A DNA stretch of 63,893 nucleotides, filler included, from Peribolospora baueri (taxonomy: Eukaryota), in NCBI GenBank assembly GCA_029717555.1. It is 3 parts of 3 records of this genome, joined end to end, with 100 filler letters (N's around TTAATTAATTAA, not from the genome) between each part and the next. Parts side by side here need not be neighbours in the genome. Positions count along the whole stretch, not along the records: positions 22,177 to 44,229 come from JAMDHS010000153.1; 2 more parts are not named here. One strand, written 5' to 3'. Shown in pieces: positions 26,232 to 36,795 of this stretch. The position numbers were made by a program, and so were the translations under genes. The notes under the pieces were generated by a model. That model was not told where the DNA came from, did not search any database, and saw only the letters and a list, made by a program, of their open reading frames with translations. The stretch's first letter is position 1. Each line of letters starts with the position of its first letter.

Positions 26232-29200
26232 TCACCTCAGTCCAGCAAAGCCGAAACCACCACCTCCTCCACGATCGCAATCACCGCCCCCGGCCCCGGC
26301 CCCGGCCCCGCCCTCGGCCCTGCTCCTGGAAGACGGAGGGGGCCGCGAGGCGGAAGGCGAAGTGTGGTGGTGGTGGTGGTGGTGGTGTCGGGACGGGTGC
26401 CGGCGGTGGACCGACGACGGCGTAGGAGAATGAGCAAAAGACCTCCTCCTGGACGACGAACCACCCGTCCACCGCCCGTCTTCCTCCTCCTCCTCCTCCT
26501 CCCGTTCGAGCTGCATACGCTGCATCTGTAACTCCTCCAACCGGAGCTGCTCCTGCCGAATACTGGCTCGGGTGAGGTCCCTCTCCATCCTCAACACCAC
26601 TCTTTCCCTTCGACCAATCTCCCGCTCCCTTCTTTCCATCTCGGCCCACCGCATCCGTAAGCCCTCGTCGTCGGCCCACTCGGTCATCACCGCCTCTTCC
26701 ACCTCGGTATTCGGCGCCCGCCCTTCACCGCGCCTCAACGCATCCCTCTGTCTCTTCTCCCTCTCCAACATAACCCCAAGCCGGACAAACCGAGCATCCA
26801 CTTCCTCCGCCAGCTTGTCCACGTCCTCCCGCAACGCACCGTGAGCCGTCTCGAGCCGCGACGAGAGCGTGACGACGGACGAGCTGATCGGCGCCGTCTG
26901 CGCGGTGACGAACATTTCGAGCGCATGGACGAGGTATCGCGCCGGGTCGATGCGCTGCACCGTCCCCGCCGCCGTCGCCGTTCCTGGCGCACCTGGTACG
27001 CCCGCCCGTGCCGTCGCTTGGGCCTGCGGAGACTGGCTTTGAGCCTGAAGTTGGGGCTGGGGTTGGGGCCGGGGATACGGCTGGACTGGAGTCTGGGTTT
27101 GGGGCGCCGCTCCGGGATAGGGATGATGAGGCCTGGCGGCGGGATGGACGCGTGCGGCGAAGGTGGAAGCAGAGGATCGGGGAAAGGTGCCTCCGCCGCT
27201 CGTCGTGCCGGATGCGGTGCCGCCGTCGACAGCCGTCGCACGGCCCATCGGGGGTCGAGGATGAGGATGCGGATGAGGACTGGGCGCGGGAGCGGATACG
27301 GGCCTGGTGGCCGTACCCGCGGGCCCGCGACCAGCACCACCACCGCCGACGGCGCCGGTCGAAGTGGAAGGACGAGGAACGGTGGGCGAGAACTGCAACG
27401 GAGTCCCTCCGGCCGGCCTGCCGGCGCCGGGTGTGCCCACCCCCACCCCCACTCCGCGCACCGCGGCGGCGGCGGCGGCGGCAGCTCCGGCGGCGGCCTG
27501 TGCGTGCGCCTGGGCTTGGGCGGCGTGAGCTTGGGCCTGCTGGACGGCGGCGGCGGCGACGGTGGCGGTGGCGGAGGAGGTGGAGGAGGACGGGCGCCGT
27601 TGTTGGGGCGACACTTGGGCTTGCGGATGGAGGGTAGGGAGGGAGGCGGAGGGGTGGGGAGGATGGCCGGCGGCGGCGGCGGCGGCGGCTGCAGCAGCGG
27701 CGGCGGCGTGAGGCGCGCTCGACGGACCGGCGGCGGTGGAGGTGGGAAGGAGGAGGCCCAAGCCGAGGCCGGGCACCGAGCCTATGGCGGAGGGACGAAC
27801 GTCAGGAGGCACGGTGCCGGCGAGAAGGCCTTGGTATCGACCGAAAGCTTCGTACAAGAGGGGAGCGGTGTTTTCCTTGCTGCTCGCCTCGTAGCTCTCC
27901 TCTTCTTCTTCTTCTTCTTCTTCTTCTTCCTCCTCCTCCTCCTCCTCCTCCCCTTCCTCCTCCCGATCCTCCTGCTCCCTCGACAATATCTCCTCGCTCT
28001 CCTCCATCAGGCGACCCCCCGTCTCTTCCTCAAACGCCCTCCGCCGCCGCATGGCCGCCGCCCTTCTTCTCCTGGCCGCCTCACTAGAATCCTCCGTCTC
28101 CTCCGTCGTCTCCCTCTCACCAGTGCGGTCCTCCGTGTCGCCGCTCGTGTCGGCAAAATGGCTCTCTCCTTCGGACGTCGACACCATTTCCACCGGCTGA
28201 GGCGCCGGCGCTGGCGGAGGCGGCGTTGAGCGCGGACCGCGCTCGACGACCATGGCCGCCTCCGGACGGGCCTGGACCTGCACCGGGACGGAGACGGAAA
28301 CGGGGACGGAGACGGCATACGGGCCCGCGTCGGCGGGCGGAGTGATGGGCGAAGCTCCGGAGATGACGATCGAGGGGCGTATAGAGGGAGAAGGTTGAGG
28401 CGGCTGCGCCGTCGCCAGCGGTGAAGCCGGTTCGCCGGCTCTCCTCGGTCGTGATCGGCCGCCGGTCGTCGCGACGCCTCGCCCTCGCCCTCGGCCCCGC
28501 GCCTGTCCGCCGCCGCGTTCCTGTTCCTGATCCTGATCCCGAGGTGGCGTGGTGGGGTGAGACAAGAGCACGGGGGGCAACGTCGACCCAGAAGCGCGGG
28601 GAAGGCGCGCCGCTCCTTCTCCCTCTTCCTCTTCCTCTTCCTCGTCTTCAGGATAACCGACGGACTCTGGCGATCTCCTTTCGCTGTGCACGGGGTGGGG
28701 TTCGACGCCTATGGAAGAGTCAGTGTCGAGATCGGTCATCCTGTCGAACCGAGACGGGCCCGGGGCGTCCCAGGGGAGGAGAGCGGGCCGGAAGGGGGTT
28801 GGGTGCCAAGGAAGGGAGGGCGAGAGGGAGGGCGAGGTGGTGGAGGGCGAGGAGGGGACGGAGATGGCCGCGGACGGCGTGGCCCTCGTCGGCGTAGGCG
28901 TAGGGTAGGGGGGAGAGAAGCGGGCTGGCTCTGGCTCTGGTGGCTGTGGTTGAACGGATGGTCGTCGTCGTCGTTGTAATCGTCGTCGTCGTCGTCGCGG
29001 AGGTGGCTGCTGCTGCTGTTCTTCTTGCTGCTCGTCTACTACTTCTCCTTCTTCTTCTATTTGTTCCTCTTCCACCTCTTCCTCACTCAGTGCCGATGCG
29101 TCGGACCGGTAGTACCCTTCTGCTTCGTCTCCCTCCTCTTCCTCGCGATCTCTTCGTCGACGTCGGCCGATTCGCCGGAAGGGAATGGGTGGGCGGGAGG

Positions 29201-29654
29201 CGGTGGCGCGAAGGCGACGAAGGGCACGGACGGTGTAATCTAGGTCGAGGGTGAGGTGGTGCGTACCGGCGGAGCGGAGTCGGTGGTGCTGCTGGTGCTG
29301 CTGCTGATCTCGGGTCGCGTCGGCGGGTCTATAGTCAGCGACGTCGTCCGGGCCGATGTGCTGGAATCCGTCGTCGAGCTCGTCGTTGTGGTCGTTGCCG
29401 TTGTCGTCCTCCTCCTCCTCTTCGCCCACCTCCTCTCCTTCTACGTCCGAGACGAGGTCGATGTCAGCAGCGTAACGGGTGGGCGAGCAGGAAGGGCCAA
29501 AGGTGCCGGGGCCGGGGCTGTCAAGCGGTTGGGCGGAGTTGGGGGAGGGGGAGGGGTCGCTGGGCGAAGCGTCGTGGTTGCGCTGCTGATCGGGGATCTG
29601 GGGACGAGGGGAGTAGATGAAGGCGAGGCGTTGCAGGGAGGAGCGGAGGGGCAT
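26232..29654 (-). CDS. hypothetical 1140-aa low-complexity protein with C-terminal coiled-coil-like segment
   Basis: Uninterrupted 3.4-kb ORF with poly-E, poly-A, poly-Q and Pro tracts and a heptad-like C-terminal region. No known domain recognised. Confidence 0.65.
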   Translation of the reverse strand: MPLRSSLQRLAFIYSPRPQIPDQQRNHDASPSDPSPSPNSAQPLDSPGPGTFGPSCSPTRYAADIDLVSDVEGEEVGEEEEEDDNGNDHNDELDDGFQHIGPDDVADYRPADATRDQQQHQQHHRLRSAGTHHLTLDLDYTVRALRRLRATASRPPIPFRRIGRRRRRDREEEEGDEAEGYYRSDASALSEEEVEEEQIEEEGEVVDEQQEEQQQQPPPRRRRRRLQRRRRPSVQPQPPEPEPARFSPPYPTPTPTRATPSAAISVPSSPSTTSPSLSPSLPWHPTPFRPALLPWDAPGPSRFDRMTDLDTDSSIGVEPHPVHSERRSPESVGYPEDEEEEEEEGEGAARLPRASGSTLPPVLLSHPTTPPRDQDQEQERGGGQARGRGRGRGVATTGGRSRPRRAGEPASPLATAQPPQPSPSIRPSIVISGASPITPPADAGPYAVSVPVSVSVPVQVQARPEAAMVVERGPRSTPPPPAPAPQPVEMVSTSEGESHFADTSGDTEDRTGERETTEETEDSSEAARRRRAAAMRRRRAFEEETGGRLMEESEEILSREQEDREEEGEEEEEEEEEEEEEEEEEESYEASSKENTAPLLYEAFGRYQGLLAGTVPPDVRPSAIGSVPGLGLGLLLPTSTAAGPSSAPHAAAAAAAAAAAAAGHPPHPSASLPTLHPQAQVSPQQRRPSSSTSSATATVAAAAVQQAQAHAAQAQAHAQAAAGAAAAAAAAVRGVGVGVGTPGAGRPAGGTPLQFSPTVPRPSTSTGAVGGGGAGRGPAGTATRPVSAPAPSPHPHPHPRPPMGRATAVDGGTASGTTSGGGTFPRSSASTFAARVHPAARPHHPYPGAAPQTQTPVQPYPRPQPQPQLQAQSQSPQAQATARAGVPGAPGTATAAGTVQRIDPARYLVHALEMFVTAQTAPISSSVVTLSSRLETAHGALREDVDKLAEEVDARFVRLGVMLEREKRQRDALRRGEGRAPNTEVEEAVMTEWADDEGLRMRWAEMERREREIGRRERVVLRMERDLTRASIRQEQLRLEELQMQRMQLEREEEEEEEDGRWTGGSSSRRRSFAHSPTPSSVHRRHPSRHHHHHHHHTSPSASRPPPSSRSRAEGGAGAGAGGGDCDRGGGGGFGFAGLR

Positions 29655-31717
29655 GAGACGAGGGGGTTGATGATGAGATGGAGGCCCGCGAAAGCTTTGT
29701 CGGCGGACGACGACGGGGGGCCTGCGAGGTGGAGATGGAGAGGGAAACGGGAGAGCAAGGCGGTAGGCGGTCGGTCATGAGACGTTCCGAGGGCTATAAA
29801 GGGAGTCGGACGGTCGTCGGTGAGAAGAAGGAGACGAAGGGAAGTAAGAAGCAAGAAGGGAGGAAGGGAGGAAGGGAGGAAGGAAAGGAAGAAAGGATTG
29901 GAAGAAAAGAAAAGAGCGGCGAGGCGAAAAGGAAGAACGCGTCGTCGTGCGTGGTTCGTTCGGGTCGTGCCTGGCTGGCACTCGCTCTCGCTGGCGCCAA
30001 CGCCGTCCACGTCCAAGTCCACGTCCACGCGTGCGACTTGGAAGGGGGGAGCAAAGCAAGCCGGCAAGCAAACAAGTAAGCGCGCCGACCCGAGGCAAGG
30101 GCGCCCAAGAGATGTCCTCGTGGGCGAGGGCGAGGTGATGACCAGCGAGGGAGCGTAGCGGAACGGACGTCGGGAGTAAGGGAGGCGGAGACGGAGACGG
30201 AGACAGAGAGAGAGAGACGAAGAAAGAAGAAAGGGAGGATCGGCGAGCGCTTGGTGCGGACTGGCTGCCCGAGGACGATCATTGGCTCCGTCCGTCTGTG
30301 TCTGTCTGTCTGTCTGTCTGTCTGTTCATCTATCTATCCACTATCTATGTATCCACTTTCTGTCTGTCTGTCTGTCTATCTGTCTGTCTGTCGATCGGAC
30401 CAAGTTAAGGAGCCTCCGCGGAGAGAAGGTTGGACGAGCGGAGCGGTGGACCCGGTTGCCAGCGAGGTAAAGGTAAAGAAAGATGTGGTTGGGAGCTGAG
30501 CCGAGGAGCTAGCCAGCCGGCCAGTCCACTTCCCTTCTTCCCTTGTTTGCCCTTGCCCTTGCCCTTGAGTGCCCGCCGACCGGCACGCCTACTATATTAC
30601 GCCTGCGCGTCGGTTGGGCGCCAGTCGCACGCAAGATGCGAGACGCAAGCAGTGGCGTCGTCGCGCGGCAAGACAAGGCAAGGCAAAGCGAGGCTAGGCG
30701 AGGCGTGCGAGACGATGCGATGCGATGCGATGCGCGAGGCGGAGAGCACGACCCATCCATCCATCACTCTAGAAGGGAAGAAGAGGTGTCGGCGGCGTGC
30801 CGTCGCACCGACCACGACGACGACGACCTGACCCGACAGCGGCGGCATGCGCACGAGGGCGACTTGCGACTACTCGACCGACGGCGGACTCGAGATGCGA
30901 TCTCATCTCGACGGCGATGGTCTAATGGGCGCAAATGAAAGCGAGCACGCTACCAAAAGACAAGGGGGAGGGGCGTGGAAGTAAAGCAAGAGGCGACGAC
31001 GAGGAGAAGGGAAGAGATGAGATGAGATGAGGTGAGATGAGATGACAGAAGATGACATGACATGACATGACATGACATGACATCGCATGGCGTGGCATGA
31101 TATCGACGACCACGCAACGCTTTCTTCTTCTCCCGCCAAGACACCACCATCGTTGGACGAAGGAAGAAAGAAAAAAACACGTAGTCATGAAACTGCCAAC
31201 GCACCATGCGGTGTGAGCGATAGAAGAAAGGCGCTCGACACACGCACATCAACACCGCGCCTTCCTCCATCTCCTTCATCCCATCCCATCCCATCTTCCT
31301 TCCCTCCGTCGCAACCCTTCGGCTCGGCACGCAGCTAGCTCGTCATTTCCATGCGCGTGTCCGTCACGCGCTCCGACGCGGTCGCCTTGCAAACGAGAAA
31401 GAAACTTGCCTCTTTTCCCCTTCGTCCTCGTCCTCGTTTGGACGGTACGGTATCGGAGTGAGAGACTGAGTCAAAAAGACAGATACGACCCACGCGGTTG
31501 TCGTCCTCGCCACGCTCATCGTCACCATCAAGCCCCCGCGCGGCATCGAGGCCAGTGCAACGCCTGGTTCGTTCTCGACACCTTTTTTTCCATTCGTCTA
31601 TATCCTTCCCGTCCACCTATCCGTCTATTCACATATCTTTCCCCCTTCCAGCCACCTGACCGGCCAACGAACACACACACCACGCCGCACCCCCGACGCA
31701 AGCACTCTCTCTCTCCT

Positions 31718-33461
31718 TCACTCCCGCCGCCGCCGCAGTCTCTCGACCCTGTCCGACGCTCTCTCTCCATTCCACTCCTCCACCACCTCCCCTCCCCCTC
31801 CATTCCCCCCGTGTCGCCCCTCGCACTTCGACCCGCCGCCTCGACTCAAGCGAGGAAGACCGAGCTGCTCGACGGTGAACGCCGCGCTCACGCTACCCCA
31901 TCGTGCTGCTTCGACGAGCGTCTCCATGCCGATGCCGTCGACGTCATCATCGGAGTGTAAGCAGAGACGAGCGACAAGGCCGCCCAGGAAAGCATTCCCC
32001 GCGCCCGTCACATCGACCACTTTGTCAGGCTTGCCTTTGCCCACGTCCGAGCCGGATGAAGAAGAAGAAGAAGAAGGAGGCGCGTGATAGGCGTCCACCC
32101 AGCGCGTTCCTCCTCCGACGCCCGCCCCGCCGTCTTCTGCGTCCGACGACGGTGGTACGCCCACCACCGCTCCGAGCGCGCCCGAGCGGATGACGACAAC
32201 TGGTCCACGACGATGACGAGGAAGATGCGCGCGCTCCGCCGTGTCCGCCTCCCCAGAGCAACCCCCGCCAGCCTTCCGAGCGTACTCCAGCCAGGGCGAC
32301 AGGACGTCGCGCTCGATGTCGGTGCGAGAGAAGGTGGAAGACGCGCAAAACGGGATGGCGAGAAAGTGCGCCGCTTCTTGGTGGTTTGGGCTACGAGATA
32401 GAAACGGAATCGAATGGTGTGGGCATCGAGGAATCTTGTCCCGTACGTCGGCGACAGTCTCTGCATCGACTCGTCTGCTCACCTGAAGACGTCCAGGTGG
32501 CCGAGCACGCTCAAGCAAGAGTCCAGGTTCTCGGGCTGGCGATGAAGAACAGGACGAACAGACGAACCGCGTTATACAACCACGCCTGCCCACGCCGACG
32601 CCAGGCCGTGTGAGGGGCTCACCACACAACTGTCCGGGATGGGCTCCCAGCACAGCCTTGGCTGCCATCCCTGTCGTCCGCTCCGTCGAAGCTCGTGATC
32701 GACATCGCGCAGTTGTACGACCACCTCGAGCGCTCGCCTCGGGGAACATATGAAGTGCAGCCATGTCGGCAGCCGGTTATCGTCGTCTTCGGCCACCCCA
32801 GCGGCAGGTGCTGGCGCGCCGGAAGGAGGTTGGATGGGGAGAGGGACGAAAGCGCTAGGAAGCAGATCCACTGGGTCGAGGCGGCGCCGGGGAGTTAGGT
32901 ACTCAAAGCTTAGCGGCGAAGCCAGCCGACGAGGGACATGGGAACGCGAAAAAATTAGCGCTCGTCGTTCCCTCTCTCTTCTATGGCTCTCTCTCTCTCT
33001 CTCTCTCGCGCTCAGAACACCCACCCCCTCTCGTCGCCATTGTATATATTCAGCGCCTTGGTCGTCTCCCTGCTCGGGTCGTCTCGGAACCTCCACATCG
33101 CCTTGCCATACTTCTCCAGCGCGTCTTGAACGTCTCGTGGAAAGTCATGGCCACGGTCTATGAGCATGAGGATCTGTGACGGTAGGAGCCTTGATGGAGC
33201 AGGGACGGCCAATAAGACGAATTACCATCAAGCGGCCCACGAAAAAAAGGTCACTGTACGACGACGACCGCATCTACGAAGCGCACCTCACCATATCCTA
33301 GCCCCCACGGCAAAGTATGTGCCGCCGCCGCCGATCTGATCACCGAGCCCCCGGTCAGTGGAGGAGCAGGTGGTCGGGTCGACGAAGGAGAACTTGTCAA
33401 TGATAAACATGCCCAGCGTGGCCACCAGTGGCGACACTCGCTGCGAACGTCCGGACGGCAT
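31718..33461 (-). CDS. PfkB/ribokinase-family protein (Mak32-like), multi-exon
   Basis: TLGMFIID, IGGGGTYFAVGARIW, IDRGHDFP, HFICSP, WEPIPDSC, SPNHQEA, VVDVTGAGNAFLGG, AAFTVEQLGLP. Confidence 0.85.
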
Positions 33462-33659
33462 GGCCGCTCGCTTGCTTGTCGACGCTGAGTATGATGGTGG
33501 GTGAGGCCGAGGAACGTGGATGAGAGGAAGAGAGACGAGTTTCATTAACGCGTCACGTTCTTCCCGCTGGCGTCCATCCCTTCTCGACACGACCAACCAC
33601 CACTTCTACCCCTTCCTTCGTTCGCACTCCCTCTCTCCATCCCAAATCGGCAGCAGGAC

Positions 33660-36600
33660 ATGCCTCAAACATCACAACAGCACGCCTCCGCTCCGCCTCT
33701 GGACGCTGCCTTGCACCCGCTCGCCGCCGCTGCTATTCACGCGCCTCACGATCCTGTCGGCCGGTCATGCGCGTCGCTGACGAACGCGGCCGACGACGAC
33801 GCGCACCTCGACGAGCCAGGCCAACAACGCCCTTCCGGAGAAGGATCTGAGAACATCCAAAAGGCGTATCCCGCGGGCCCCGGCTCCTCGGTGCCGCTCA
33901 CCGAGTCTGCCCTTGTGGCAGCTCTGGGACCCGATGCGCCCGATCAGAGTGGAGACCACCAGCAAGGGGACTCTCAGCTGTCCATATACGGCGAGGAGCT
34001 TGACTTTGAGGAGGAAGAGCAGGGGGGAGGGGGGGAGGAAGAGCAAGAGCAAGAGGAGGAAGGATGGGAAGACGAAGACGAACACGAAGATGAGAACGTC
34101 ATAGACGACGATACGCTGGAGGATTTGATCGACCTGGGTGCGCTTTGCTTTCCATCCATCGTCAGGTCCTTGGCTAGGGTTCCTGGCGCGCTCATCATTC
34201 TTCCAACTTCCATCCTTCCTCATCAGCTGGCTTCGAGCCTGACGAGCTTGAAGCGCTAGTGTCGTACCTCCAGCAAGACGGCAAGGTACGTGTGCAGGTC
34301 TGCGCAAACGTGGAGCGGAGCGACCTGCTCACACCTTCCTCTCTGATTTCCTGCAGGCACAAAAGGCAAGAATCGAGCTCGATGCCGAAGACGTGCCTCC
34401 CATTCTCAAAACTGCCTTGGCTCGAATGTCAGTCAGGCTTTCTCATGCAAACGCTGGCTGGCACTTTATTTTGATGGCTGACGTCTCGTCTTTCTGACAC
34501 ACGCAGCCTTCGCCGTCGTGAGAAGCTTCCACAATACAACACCGTTGACGATGCCATCTGTGAGTGGTCGCGCAGGCTCTCACCGGGGTTCCGCGCTGGC
34601 TGTCCTGGCTCAGATCTTTGTCTTCCTTCGCCGGGCCTTCAACGACATGATGACAGATCTGCTGGGCAACGCCAAGAAGATTCTCGTCCTGTCTGGAGCT
34701 GGAATCTCAGTTTCATGTGGCATTCCCGACTTTCGCTCCAAAGACGGCATGTGAGAGCGCGCCTGGCCGAGATCACGATGCCCAAACACATTCTTCACGT
34801 CCGACGACTGAAAGACGCCTGCCGGTTGCTCTTCGTGCATTCGCAGTTACGCCCGTCTGCAAGCGGAAGGCAAGTACGACCTCTCTGACCCGCAGGAGAT
34901 GTTCGATAAGCACGTCTTCCTCGAAGACCCTAGCATATTCTACAGCTTCTGTCACCAGATCTACCCCAGCAACTTTGTGCCCAGCGCCAGTCATCGGTTC
35001 ATCAAGGCGTTAGAAGAGAGAGGAAAGCTGCTGCGCAACTACACGCAGTGAGTTGGGCGAGGAGAAGCCGATCATACCCTAGTGCGCTCTCATCGCCGGC
35101 GAAGCTTCTCCCTCTCACCAAACATATCTACCCTCATCGCGCTCTCTCTCCAGGAATATCGACACCCTCGAACAGGAAGCGGGCATCCAACGCGTCCTTC
35201 AGTGCCACGGTTCCTTTGCGACCGCCACCTGCACCAACCCGAAATGCGGCCATCGCGCTCCTGGCGAAAGCATCAAGGCGGACGTTTTCGCTCAGCGAGT
35301 CCCTCAATGCCCGGTCTGCAATGCAGCTGCGGATGTCGCTACTGACAGCGCCGAGGGGTGGAAAAACGGGAGGAAAAAGAACAAGAACAAGGCGCCGGAG
35401 CGATGGATTGCGGGCGGGAAAGCTTTCAGGAACGAGGAGAGCGACGACGAGGAGGCGAATGCCAAGGGCGTGATGAAGGTGAGATGAAGGCATTGCCGAA
35501 GACGCTCTTACCCAATGCTATCCCCATGTCGAGCGATGAATGCGAGCGCCGACGGTAAACGTCCCTTCCACGTCACACACAAAGCCGGACATTGTCTTCT
35601 TTGGCGAGAAGCTGCCGGACGATTTCAGTCGATGGTTCATGGAAGACCGCGAAGAGGTAGACCTCGTTTTGGTCATCGGCTCGAGGTCAGTCTACTCTCC
35701 CGAGAAGTCCTGTCGAGGCGTCTTGAATCCATGACTGACATAGCCGGCCTCTCCTTTCCGAGCGATTTCAGCTTGCGAGTTGCGCCTGTCAGTGAACTAC
35801 TGCGTGAGTCTTTTTGGAGACACGATGGCACGTCGAGGACGGGTATGAAATTTTGGAGACGTTTTATTCAATTTCGTCACCGTGCATCTTCGACGTGCCT
35901 GCCCATCCGCCTTGCGTATGTCATCTAGGACACGTACCGGCACACGTCCCGCAGATCCTCATCAATAAGACACCCGTCACCCATTTCGCCATGGACGTGA
36001 GCGTCGTTCCGACTCTCTTTGTCGTCGGCTGTGCCCGCACGTCCATCGTTCACCCATCTAGAAGCTGCTTGGCGGAGCTAAAATCTCCTTTATTTGTCTC
36101 TGGCCCTCTTTGTTTCCTCCCCCCTCCAAACCATCTGTTGTTTTTATCTCCTTCCGTAATCGTAGATCCTCCTCCTTGGGGAAGCGGACCGCATCGTCTC
36201 CTACCTCTCCTCCAAGCTCGGTTGGACGCTTCCGCCTCCCCCTCCATCTGCCGGTGTCGGAGAAGGGCCATCGCAGCAGGGCCGAGCGTCCAGCGACGTC
36301 GGGACTGAGCCAGAGGAAGACGACCGAGGGACCGCGGAGGCGACCGGGGCGAGGATGGAAGACGAGCCGGAGAGAGTAGCGCAGAGCCACGTCTGGCTCT
36401 TCGCTGGCGCTGAGGGCGGCACGTTCGTCGAGACGCTGCAGGCGGAAGGAGGTTTGAATCGCGGAAAGGCGTTGGAAGCTGTTGTGGAGGAGTATGAAGA
36501 GGATGAGGATGAAGAGATGCCGATGGACGGAGAGCGAACGGTGGCAAGGGAGCGTTCCGCGAAGCGTGCGGTGAGAGAGGTCGATGGAGCGGACGGGATC

Positions 36601-36672
36601 GGCGCCGTGGCTGTCGTGGACGGGATGAGCGAGGGAAGAGAAGGGGCGGGGAAGAAGCCGAGAGCAGAGTAG
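33660..36672 (+). CDS. SIR2: NAD-dependent histone deacetylase, Sir2/Hst1 class I sirtuin, multi-exon
   Basis: GAGISVSCGIPDFRS, RNYTQ|NIDTLEQ, QCHGSFATATC..C..CPVC, KPDIVFFGE, GSSLRVAPV, PQILIN. Confidence 0.92.
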
Positions 36673-36795
36673 TGATGAATGTCACCTCCGATCGTACGAC
36701 GGATGGACGTGTAGTAATTATACAGACCCTAATGTTACAGTCGGTTCGGCGGCCAACAGCGGGCCCCTCTCAGATAAGTCAAGGACCGCTCTTCA

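Noticed and set aside
26841..28229. 462-aa plus-strand ORF and many other GC-rich shadow ORFs
   Set aside because: Antisense or alternate-frame shadows of real genes in high-GC, low-complexity sequence.
24300..31700. short tandem repeats as CRISPR-like or telomeric arrays
   Set aside because: Ordinary microsatellites (e.g. TCTG, ACATG, GAGAC) and a 22-bp duplication near 25248; no repeat-spacer structure.
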